DNA of 32,000 nucleotides from Cereibacter sphaeroides 2.4.1 (GTDB lineage Bacteria; Pseudomonadota; Alphaproteobacteria; Rhodobacterales; Rhodobacteraceae): NCBI RefSeq assembly GCF_000012905.2, contig NC_007494.2, positions 420,001 to 452,000 of the forward strand, read 5' to 3'. Shown piece by piece: positions 24,868 to 32,000 of this stretch (position 1 is its first letter; each line of letters starts with the position of its first letter). The notes under the pieces were generated by a model. It saw only the letters and a program-made list of their open reading frames with translations, ran no database searches and was not told where the DNA came from. The position numbers and the translations under genes were made by a program.

Positions 24868-25842
24868 TCAGGGCAGAAGCACGGTCGCCCCGGTGGTGCG
24901 GCGACCCTCCAGCGCGCGGTGCGCCTCGGCCGTGTCCTTCAGCGCGAAGGTCTGCCCGATCCGCGGCACGATCCGCCCCTCGGCCACCAGCGCAAAGAGA
25001 TCGGCCGCCCGCGCCTCGAGCTCGTCGCGCGTGGCAATGTAATGGAAGAGCGAGGGCCGGTTCGCGGTGAAGCTGCCCGCCGCGAGGTCGGAGAAGCGGA
25101 ACTCGTCGAGCGGGCCCGAGGACTGGCCGAAACAGACGAAGCTGCCGCGCGGCCGCAGGCTCTTCAGCGACCCGCGCCAGGTGGTGCGGCCGACCGAGTC
25201 ATAGACGACATCGCAGCCGCGCCCGCCGGTCAGCTCGCGCACCGCCTCGGCGAAGTCGGTGGCCTCGTAATCGATCACATGGTCGAAGCCGCTGGCGCGC
25301 GCCATCTCGGCCTTGGCCGCGCCGCCGACCGTTCCGTAGGTGATGGCGCCCTTGGCCTTCAGCCACTGGCCGAGAAGCTGTCCCACGCCGCCCGCTGCGG
25401 CATGGACGAGGACATGGTGCCCCGCCTCCACCCGGAAACTCGAATGGATCAGGTACTGCGCCGTCAGCCCCTTCAGCATGATCGAGGCCGCCACCTCGTC
25501 CGTCACGCCCTCGGGCAGCCGGACCAGCCGGTCGGCGGGCAGGACCCGAGCCGTGCGGCAGGCGCCGTTCGGCATCGTATAGGCCACCCTGTCGCCGGGC
25601 GCGAAGCCGCTCACGCCTTCGCCCAGCTCCTCGACCACGCCTGCGGCCTCGCCGCCGGGGATCAGCTCATCGGCGGGCCAGGGATAGAGGCCCGAGCGGA
25701 AGTAGCAGTCGATGAAGTTCAGCCCGACGGCCGTCTGGCGCAGGCGCACCTCGCCCGGTCCGGGCCGCCCGGCGGGGCGCTCGGCCCATTCGAGCACGTC
25801 GGGGCCGCCGGGGCGGGTCGCAACGATGGCGTGATCGGTCAT
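24868..25842 (-). CDS. qor: NADPH:quinone oxidoreductase (zinc-independent MDR family)
   Basis: The product has GGPDVLEW...GEVRLRQTAVGLNFIDCYFRSGLYP and the nucleotide motif AAAGGVG. The ATG at 25842 overlaps the upstream stop (ATGA). The track ORF extends to 26094 through the neighbouring gene. Confidence 0.85.
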   Translation of the reverse strand: MTDHAIVATRPGGPDVLEWAERPAGRPGPGEVRLRQTAVGLNFIDCYFRSGLYPWPADELIPGGEAAGVVEELGEGVSGFAPGDRVAYTMPNGACRTARVLPADRLVRLPEGVTDEVAASIMLKGLTAQYLIHSSFRVEAGHHVLVHAAAGGVGQLLGQWLKAKGAITYGTVGGAAKAEMARASGFDHVIDYEATDFAEAVRELTGGRGCDVVYDSVGRTTWRGSLKSLRPRGSFVCFGQSSGPLDEFRFSDLAAGSFTANRPSLFHYIATRDELEARAADLFALVAEGRIVPRIGQTFALKDTAEAHRALEGRRTTGATVLLP

Positions 25843-26246
25843 GTTTCCACCTGAAAGGCCGCGTCGACCGGCACCTGAAGCGCGGTCACGAGCTGGTTGG
25901 TCTGGGCCGCCATGCCCAGCACCGCGAGGAACTCGGCCTCCTGCTCCGGGCTGAGCCCCTTGGCGCGGGCGGCCGCCGTATGGGAATGGGTGCAGTAGGA
26001 ACAGCCGTTCGTCACCGAGACGGCGATATAGATCAGCTCCTTGGTCAGGGGATCGAGCGCGCCCGGCGCCATGACCTGCCGGAGCCGGTTCCATATGCTT
26101 TCCAGAAGCTCGGGCTGATTGGCAAGAGCGCGCCAGAAGTTGTTGATATAGTCGGTTTTCCGCGTCTCGCGGATGTCGGCGAAGATTGCGGCCACGCGCG
26201 GATCGCGGGCAGCCTCCTCGTCGCTCAGAAGTCGGTGTGTGGCCAT
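25839..26246 (-). CDS. Carboxymuconolactone decarboxylase (AhpD-like) family protein
   Basis: A 135-aa protein with a CSYCTHSH (CxxC/H) motif in a helical CMD fold context. Confidence 0.8.
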   Translation of the reverse strand: MATHRLLSDEEAARDPRVAAIFADIRETRKTDYINNFWRALANQPELLESIWNRLRQVMAPGALDPLTKELIYIAVSVTNGCSYCTHSHTAAARAKGLSPEQEAEFLAVLGMAAQTNQLVTALQVPVDAAFQVET

Positions 26247-26289
26247 GGGGTCCTCGGGTTGGCCCGGCCGCGGACGGCCGGGCGACAGT

Positions 26290-27108
26290 TCAGATCAGCG
26301 CGATGACGCGGGCGGGACCGCCGGTTCCGCCGCGGTGCTTCGGCGCACCGACCACCAGAGTGGCCCCGACCGGAGGCAGCTTGTCGAGGTTCGCCAGACA
26401 TTCGATCCCGAACCGCCCCGAGGGCAACCAGGCGTAATGGGTGGCGAAATCCGGCGACATGCCATGGTCGAGCGAGAGCGTATCGACCCCGATCGAGCCC
26501 GCCTGCGTCTCGAGCAGCATCTGCGCCGCCTCGACATGGAAGCCCGGATAATGGCCCATGTCGTCGGCGCCGGTGTTGCGGAACCGCTCGGTCGCCACAT
26601 GGCGTCCCCAGCCCGAATGCATCGCCACGCAGGCATTGGCGGGGATCTCGCCATGCGTCGCGATCCAGGCCTTCAGATCGTCCGGCGTCAGCTGCGCATC
26701 GGGATTGTCCTCGGCCTTGGCCGCGATATCCACGATGCAGAGCGGCACCACCAGATTGCCCACCGGGATCTCCGCCACGCTCATCCCGTCGGCCGAGAAA
26801 TGGAGCGGCGCATCGATATGGGTGCCGGTGTGCTCATTCACCCGAAACTCCGCCAGATTGAACTTGTCTTTGGCATAGGTGAACTTCTGGTCGAAGAAGA
26901 ACTGCTGCTCGCCGAAGAAGGTGGGGAAGCCCTCGTGCAGCTCGTGGGTCAGGTCCTCGACCGCACTGTGGCCCTGCGCCAGAGCGGCCGGAGCCTGAAA
27001 CACGCTGCCCGCAGCCACGCCCGCAGCCGTCGCCGCCGCCCCGCGGAAGAAGGAGCGGCGCGACAGCATCCGCTCCTTCACCGCCTGGGTCACGCAGATA
27101 TCGCACAT
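26290..27108 (-). CDS. Cyclase family protein (kynurenine-formamidase-like) with Tat-type signal
   Basis: It has the HTGTHIDAPLHF metal-binding motif and the twin-arginine leader SRRSFFRGAAATAAGVAAG...ALAQG. ATG 27108 is preceded by GGAGGGAG. The track ORF to 27573 is an over-extension. Confidence 0.8.
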   Translation of the reverse strand: MCDICVTQAVKERMLSRRSFFRGAAATAAGVAAGSVFQAPAALAQGHSAVEDLTHELHEGFPTFFGEQQFFFDQKFTYAKDKFNLAEFRVNEHTGTHIDAPLHFSADGMSVAEIPVGNLVVPLCIVDIAAKAEDNPDAQLTPDDLKAWIATHGEIPANACVAMHSGWGRHVATERFRNTGADDMGHYPGFHVEAAQMLLETQAGSIGVDTLSLDHGMSPDFATHYAWLPSGRFGIECLANLDKLPPVGATLVVGAPKHRGGTGGPARVIALI

Positions 27109-27278
27109 GAGGCTCCCTCCTTCTGTCTGTTTCTTCCGGCAGGGTGCCCGAAGCGCCGATCCTGTCAAGCGCGGCGAAGGCCTGGCCCGCCGGCCCCGGA
27201 TCCGGCAGGCGCAGACCCTCCGGCCTGGGGCGAGGCGCGCCGGAAAACGCAGCCCCGGCGCCCGCGCCGGACGAGCGG

Positions 27279-28442
27279 CTACTCGGCCAGCGCCCGCATC
27301 ACCCGGATGAGGTCGGACTTGCCCTCGAAGCCGATGCCCGGCAGGTCGGGCATGGTGATATGGCCGTCGACCACCTTCACCGTGTCGGGAAAGCCGCCAT
27401 AGGGCTGGAAGAGATCGGGATAGCTCTCGTTCCCGCCGAGGCCGAGGCCCGCGGCGATGTTCAGCGACATCTGGTGGCCGCCATGCGGGATGCAGCGCCG
27501 GGACGACCAGCCGCAGCTTTCCAGCACCTCGAGCGTCCGCAGATACTCGACCAGCCCGTAGGACAGCGCGCAATCGAACTGCAGCCAGTCGCGGTCGGCC
27601 CGCATGCCCCCGTAACGCAGGAGGTTGCGCGCATCCTGATGCGAGAAGAGGTTCTCGCCGGTCGCCATCGGCCCCGGATAGAACTCGGCCAGCGCCGCCT
27701 GAAGCGCATAGTCGAGGGGATCGCCCGCCTCCTCATACCAGAACAGCGGATAGTCCCTGAGCATCTTCGCATAGGCGATGGCCGTCTCCAGATCGAAGCG
27801 CCCGTTGGCATCCACCGCGAGGCGCGCCTGCGGCCCGATCTCCTGAAGCACCGCCTCGATCCGGCGGCGATCCTCGTCGAGCGGGGCCCCGCCGATCTTC
27901 ATCTTGACCACGGTATAGCCGCGGTCGAGGTAGCTGCGCATCTCGCGCCTCAGCGCCGCATCGTCCTTGCCGGGATAATAGTAGCCGCCCGCCGCATAGA
28001 CGAAGACGCGCGGATCGGCCTCGCGCCCCTTCGCATGGGCCAGCAGGCGGAAGAGCGGCTGGCCCGCGATCTTGGCCACCGCATCCCACACCGCCATGTC
28101 GAGCGTTCCGACCGCGACCGACCGTTCGCCATGGCCGCCCGGCTTCTCGTTGCTCATCATCGCGGCCCAGATCCGGTGCGGATCGAGATTGTCGCCCGCT
28201 TCCGTCAGCAGGCTCTCGGGCGGGGCTTCGAGGATCCGGTCGCGGAAGCGCTCGCGGATCAGCCCGCCCTGCCCGTAGCGGCCGTTCGAGTTGAAGCCGT
28301 AGCCCACGACACGCCGGCCGTCGCGCACCACATCCGTCACCACCGCCACGAGGCTGGCCGTCATCCGGCTGAAGTCGATGTAGGCGTTGCGGATCGGCGA
28401 CGAGATGGGCTGCGTGGATTCGACGATATCGAGGATGCGCAT
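27279..28442 (-). CDS. Enolase-superfamily (mandelate racemase/muconate lactonizing) acid-sugar dehydratase, possibly D-tartrate-dehydratase-like
   Basis: The N-terminal capping domain and a TIM-barrel segment (RLAVDANGRF, YEEAGDP, ...) fit the superfamily. The N-terminus MRILDIVESTQPISSPIRNAYIDFSRMTASLVAVVTD...GYGFNSNGRYGQGGLIRERF resembles, from memory, the TarD subgroup. The subgroup assignment is unverified. Confidence 0.8.
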   Translation of the reverse strand: MRILDIVESTQPISSPIRNAYIDFSRMTASLVAVVTDVVRDGRRVVGYGFNSNGRYGQGGLIRERFRDRILEAPPESLLTEAGDNLDPHRIWAAMMSNEKPGGHGERSVAVGTLDMAVWDAVAKIAGQPLFRLLAHAKGREADPRVFVYAAGGYYYPGKDDAALRREMRSYLDRGYTVVKMKIGGAPLDEDRRRIEAVLQEIGPQARLAVDANGRFDLETAIAYAKMLRDYPLFWYEEAGDPLDYALQAALAEFYPGPMATGENLFSHQDARNLLRYGGMRADRDWLQFDCALSYGLVEYLRTLEVLESCGWSSRRCIPHGGHQMSLNIAAGLGLGGNESYPDLFQPYGGFPDTVKVVDGHITMPDLPGIGFEGKSDLIRVMRALAE

Positions 28443-28522
28443 GAGGTCGTCCTTTCGCTTCTGGTCAGGTGAGGCCCCTCCGGGCCGGGCGGCGCCGGGT
28501 CTGCCCCGCGAGCCCGTGGGGA

Positions 28523-29470
28523 TCAGGCACGGGCGGTGGCCGCCCGCAGTTCGGCCGCCGCGAGCTGCAGCGGCATCCGGGCGTCGGCGTCGCGCACATG
28601 CGCCGCCAGATGGTCGGCAAAGACGCGGACCTTGGCCGAGAGATTGTGGCGCTCCGGATAGATGGCGTGGATGTTGGCGGTCTGGCGATAGTGGGGCAGC
28701 AGGAGGCGCAGCCGACCCTCACGGACATGCTGGGCGATGTCCCACTCCGAGCGCAGCATGATCCCCTGCCCGTCGAGCACCCAGGCCAGCGCGATCTCGC
28801 CGTCGTTGGTGCTGAGCTCGCCGCTCACCTTGGCCGAGGGCGAGGCCTCGCCGATATCGTCGAAGCGCCAGACGTCGTAGGCGTCATGGTCCTGCCTGAG
28901 CACGATGCAGCTGTGCTGCTGCAGATCGGTGAGGCTCTGCGGCACCCCGCGGGCCTCGAGATAGGAGGGCGCCGCGCAGAGGAACCTCCGGTTGCGCTGC
29001 AGAAGCCGCATGACCATGCGCCCGAAGGGCGGGGCTCCGAAGCGGATCCCGAGATCGATCCCCTCCTCGACGAGATTGAGCGGCGCATCGGTCAACAGAA
29101 GCTGCACCTCCACCGCCGGATGGATCCGGCGGAAGCGCGCGATGGCCGGGGCGAGATGGGTGCGCCCGAAACCCAGCGTGGCATTGATCCGCAGAAGGCC
29201 CGCCGGGCGGTCGCGACCCTGCGAGAGATTGTGTTCGAGATCCGCGATCTCGTCGAGAAGCCGCAGGGCCGCGCCATAATAGGCCTCGCCCTCGCTCGTG
29301 AGGCTCACCTTGCGCGTCGTGCGGTTCAGCAGCCGGACCCCCAGCCGATCCTCGAGCCGGGCGAGGCGCCGGCTCACCGCCGAGGCCGACAGGCCCAGAT
29401 CCTGCGCCGTGGCCGAGAAGCTCTCGCGCCGGGCCAGCATCACGAAGAAGGAGAGGTCGCCTTCCGCCAT
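28523..29470 (-). CDS. LysR family transcriptional regulator
   Basis: The N-terminal wHTH is FFVMLARRESFSATAQDLGLSASAVSRRLARLEDRLGVRLLNRTTR, followed by a LysR substrate-binding domain. It is divergent from tctC. Confidence 0.9.
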   Translation of the reverse strand: MAEGDLSFFVMLARRESFSATAQDLGLSASAVSRRLARLEDRLGVRLLNRTTRKVSLTSEGEAYYGAALRLLDEIADLEHNLSQGRDRPAGLLRINATLGFGRTHLAPAIARFRRIHPAVEVQLLLTDAPLNLVEEGIDLGIRFGAPPFGRMVMRLLQRNRRFLCAAPSYLEARGVPQSLTDLQQHSCIVLRQDHDAYDVWRFDDIGEASPSAKVSGELSTNDGEIALAWVLDGQGIMLRSEWDIAQHVREGRLRLLLPHYRQTANIHAIYPERHNLSAKVRVFADHLAAHVRDADARMPLQLAAAELRAATARA

Positions 29471-29492
29471 TCTTGCTCCTGACGCAATAAAG

Positions 29493-29543
29493 TTTTGAAG
29501 CAGCGCCGACTATCAACTTTCAAGGAACAGTCTACACTTTCAA
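29493..29543. promoter_or_regulatory. AT-rich divergent promoter region with repeated CTTTCAA / TTGAAG half-sites (candidate LysR operator)
   Basis: TTTTGAAG lies at 29493-29500 and CTTTCAA at both 29517-29523 and 29537-29543. The two direct copies are 20 bp apart, and the first element is inverted relative to them. This is the only AT-rich patch between the LysR gene and tctC. Confidence 0.35.
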
Positions 29544-29730
29544 CATGCCGTGCCAAGCGGCGCATCAGCCGGTCGGGGCCTCTTTTTCCCGCAAGGACCG
29601 GGCCCGGAGGAGCATTCGCAGCGGCCCCGGCCCTCGTGCGGGATGGCCTTCCCCTCCTCCGATTTCAGGATCCGGCACCCGGTTTCAGGGGGCCGATCGA
29701 CGCTCGCAATCGAGACCCAGGAGGAGAACC

Positions 29731-30687
29731 ATGAACGTCAAGAGGCTCGCCGTGGCACTCGGTGCCACCCTCGCCGCCGCGCCGCTCTTCGCGCAGTCGG
29801 CGGCCGATTTCCCGACCAAGCCTGTGACCTACATCATCCCGTTCAACGCCGGCGGCGAATCCGACATCTCGGCCCGCTACCAGCAGGCGGAATGGGAGGC
29901 CGTGACCGGCCAGCCGGTGGTCATCCAGTATCAGGCGGGAGCCGGCGGTGCACAGGCCTGGTCGCAGCTCAATGCGATCGAGGGCGACGGCTACACGATC
30001 ATGGGCATCAACCTGCCGCACACGGTGCTTCAGCCGATCGAAGCCAACGTCGGCTACAAGACCGACGAGTTGACGCCTGTCAACTATTTCCACTATACGC
30101 CCGACGCGATCTTCGTGCCCAAGGACAGCGAGTTCCAGACGCTCGCCGACCTTGTCGAGAATGCCAGGGCCAATCCGGGCGCGGTGACCTTCTCGGGCTC
30201 CGGGTCGAACTCGTCCAACAATCTCGCGCAGGCGAAGTTCGACCAGCTCGCCGGCATCACCACGACCTACATCCCCTTCTCGGGCACCGGCCCGGCCATC
30301 ACGGCGGTCCTCGGCAGCCAGACGGTGGCAGGGTTCAACTACGCGACCTCGGCGGTGAACCAGGGCGATGCGCTCCGGATGCTGGCGGTGGCGGCCGACG
30401 AGCGTCTGCCCGCCTTCCCGGACGTGCCGACCTTCAAGGAGCTGGGCTACGACCTCGTGGGCGGCGCCTACCGCGGCGTGGCCGTGCCCGATGCGACGCC
30501 CGAGGAGCTGCGCACACGGATTTCGGACATCGTGACCGAGATCAACCAGCGGCCCGACTTCGTGAAGAAGATGGAAGAGGGCGGTTTCGTTCTGACCGAC
30601 ATCCCCTATGCGAAGATGGACGCCTTCATGGCCGAGAAGATCGCCGAATATCAGGAGGGCGCGAAAGCTCTCGGCATCGGCGGCTGA
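29731..30687 (+). CDS. tctC: Tripartite tricarboxylate transporter substrate-binding protein (TctC/Bug family)
   Basis: The signal peptide is MNVKRLAVALGATLAAAPLFAQS, followed by FPTKPVTYIIPFNAGGESD, typical of Bug/TctC proteins. There is an AGGAGGA RBS. The track start 29545 is rejected. Confidence 0.88.
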   Translation: MNVKRLAVALGATLAAAPLFAQSAADFPTKPVTYIIPFNAGGESDISARYQQAEWEAVTGQPVVIQYQAGAGGAQAWSQLNAIEGDGYTIMGINLPHTVLQPIEANVGYKTDELTPVNYFHYTPDAIFVPKDSEFQTLADLVENARANPGAVTFSGSGSNSSNNLAQAKFDQLAGITTTYIPFSGTGPAITAVLGSQTVAGFNYATSAVNQGDALRMLAVAADERLPAFPDVPTFKELGYDLVGGAYRGVAVPDATPEELRTRISDIVTEINQRPDFVKKMEEGGFVLTDIPYAKMDAFMAEKIAEYQEGAKALGIGG

Positions 30688-30696
30688 GGGCGGGCG

Positions 30697-32000
30697 ATGG
30701 ACGTTCTCGGCTACCTCATCGGCGCCCTGACGCCGTTCAACCTGATGCTGGCGCTCGTGGGCGTGGTGCTCGGCACCGTCGTGGGGGCGCTTCCGGGCCT
30801 CTCCGCCACGATGGCGGTGGCCGTGCTCGTCCCCTTCACCTTCACCATGGATCCCGCCGCGGGCCTCATCGCCCTCGGCGCGATCTATACCGGCGCGATC
30901 TACGGCGGAGCCTTCGCGGCGATCCTCGTCAACACGCCGGGCACCCCCTCGTCCATCGCCACCACCTTCGACGGCTATCCGATGGCGCGGCGGGGCGACG
31001 GGGGGCTGGCGATCACGCTCGCCACGCTCTCGTCGGTGGCGGGCGGCATCGTCGGCGCCATCGCCCTCCTGATCCTTGCCCCGCCGCTCGCGCGGGTGGC
31101 GCTGGCCTTCGGGCCCACGGAATATTTCTGGCTCGCCATCTTCGGCATGACGCTGATCGCGGCCCTTTCGGTGGGCAACACGCTGAAGGGGCTGATCGGT
31201 GCCTGCCTCGGCCTCTTTCTGTCCATGGTGGGAGTCGCGGTGGTGGGCGGCGATGTCCGCTACACGCTCGGGATGCAGCGGTTCCTCGGCGGGATCGACA
31301 TCACCTCGGCCATCATCGGCCTTTACTGCATCCCGGTGATCCTCGACCTCGTGGCCACAAGGGACGCGCATCTGCGCCCGGCCGAGACCCACGGGCTGCG
31401 GCTCGGCGAGGGGCTGCGCATCGCCTGGGCGCGCAAGGTGAACGTGATCCGCTCGTCGGTGATCGGCACCGTGGTGGGCATCCTGCCGGGCGCGGGCGGC
31501 TCCATCGCGGGCCTCGTCTCCTATGCCGAGGCACGCCGCTCCTCGCGCACCCCCGAGGCCTTCGGCAAGGGCGAGCCCGATGGGGTGATCGCGACCGAGG
31601 CCGCCAACAATGCCACCGTGGGCGGCGGCTTCATCCCGACGCTGGTGCTGGGCATCCCCGGCACCCCGCCCGACGCCATCATCCTCGGCGCCCTGCTCGT
31701 GCAGGGGATCAAGATCGGCCCCACGCTCTTCAGCGCCGAGGCGGGCGTGGTCTATACCTTCATCTGGGGGCTGCTGATCGCCACCGTCCTCATGCTGCCC
31801 GCGGGCCTTCTGATCGGGCGCTATGCCTACCGTACCGTGGTGGCGATCCCCAAGGCCATGCTGGCGCCCACCGTGGCGCTTCTCACGGTGATCGGCTCCT
31901 TCGCCATCCATTCCAACGTGCAGGATGCGCAGCTGATGGTGGGCCTCGGCCTCATCGCCTGGGTGCTCGCCCGCTACGGGTTCGCGCCCTCGCCCATCGT
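30697..32000 (+). CDS. tctA: Tripartite tricarboxylate transporter permease (TctA family), 3' end outside the window
   Basis: The frame is open from ATG 30697 to the window end, so it is absent from the stop-delimited ORF track. The product MDVLGYLIGALTPFNLMLALVGVVLGTVVGALPGLSATMAVAVLVPFTF...GILPGAGGSIAGLVSYAEA is typical TctA. The 748-aa ORF on the opposite strand is its shadow. Confidence 0.88.
   Translation, partial: MDVLGYLIGALTPFNLMLALVGVVLGTVVGALPGLSATMAVAVLVPFTFTMDPAAGLIALGAIYTGAIYGGAFAAILVNTPGTPSSIATTFDGYPMARRGDGGLAITLATLSSVAGGIVGAIALLILAPPLARVALAFGPTEYFWLAIFGMTLIAALSVGNTLKGLIGACLGLFLSMVGVAVVGGDVRYTLGMQRFLGGIDITSAIIGLYCIPVILDLVATRDAHLRPAETHGLRLGEGLRIAWARKVNVIRSSVIGTVVGILPGAGGSIAGLVSYAEARRSSRTPEAFGKGEPDGVIATEAANNATVGGGFIPTLVLGIPGTPPDAIILGALLVQGIKIGPTLFSAEAGVVYTFIWGLLIATVLMLPAGLLIGRYAYRTVVAIPKAMLAPTVALLTVIGSFAIHSNVQDAQLMVGLGLIAWVLARYGFAPSPI

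Noticed and set aside
27163-27168. Perfect TTGACA (minus strand) upstream of the cyclase gene as a promoter -35 box
   Set aside because: No convincing -10 element lies at 16-18 nt spacing, and alphaproteobacterial promoters are poorly predicted by eye. It is too weak to list as a feature.
29665-31911. 748-aa ORF on the minus strand, the longest in the window
   Set aside because: It is Arg/Gly/Asp/His-rich low-complexity sequence with no recognisable motifs, lying antisense to clear tctC and tctA coding sequence. This is a classic high-GC shadow ORF.

Overview
High-GC (high 60s % by eye) alphaproteobacterial chromosome segment; the Rhodobacterales-like assignment is an inference from protein sequences. 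From left to right it contains seven blocks. (1) The distal end of a P2-like prophage tail module: tape measure (5' truncated by the window), gpU, gpX and gpD, all translationally coupled, followed by a phage-type D12-class N6-adenine DNA methyltransferase. (2) A roughly 3 kb island of clearly lower GC (about 50% by eye, ~4.5-7.5 kb). It carries two convergent orphan genes: a standalone HsdR_N-type PD-(D/E)xK nuclease-fold protein and a DUF2971-family protein. A 39-nt palindrome bounds it on the left and a CTGCAGG-rich repeat region on the right. This is my best candidate for an undescribed conflict or anti-phage locus. (3) Core genes ybjN-like, proC, a csaA-like tRNA-binding protein and a 2-hydroxyacid dehydrogenase, then a sulfotransferase and tRNA-Ala(CGC). 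(4) On the minus strand, a HAMP-GGDEF diguanylate cyclase and a TRAP transporter (dctPQM) operon with an amidase and an unannotated 51-aa membrane micro-ORF. Also on the minus strand are a MacAB-type ABC efflux set with its adaptor, and aroQ. (5) A GST with an unusual Cys-containing C-terminal extension. (6) An HTH-antitoxin/RES-toxin pair preceded by a perfect 15-bp inverted repeat. (7) An SH3b/DUF1236 secreted protein and a LysR-associated catabolic cluster: Qor, a CMD-family protein, a Tat-signal cyclase and an enolase-superfamily dehydratase, divergent from tctC-tctA with no tctB between them. No CRISPR array, rRNA, transposase or integrase was seen. Many long ORFs in the six-frame track are antisense or off-frame shadows typical of high-GC DNA and were rejected.
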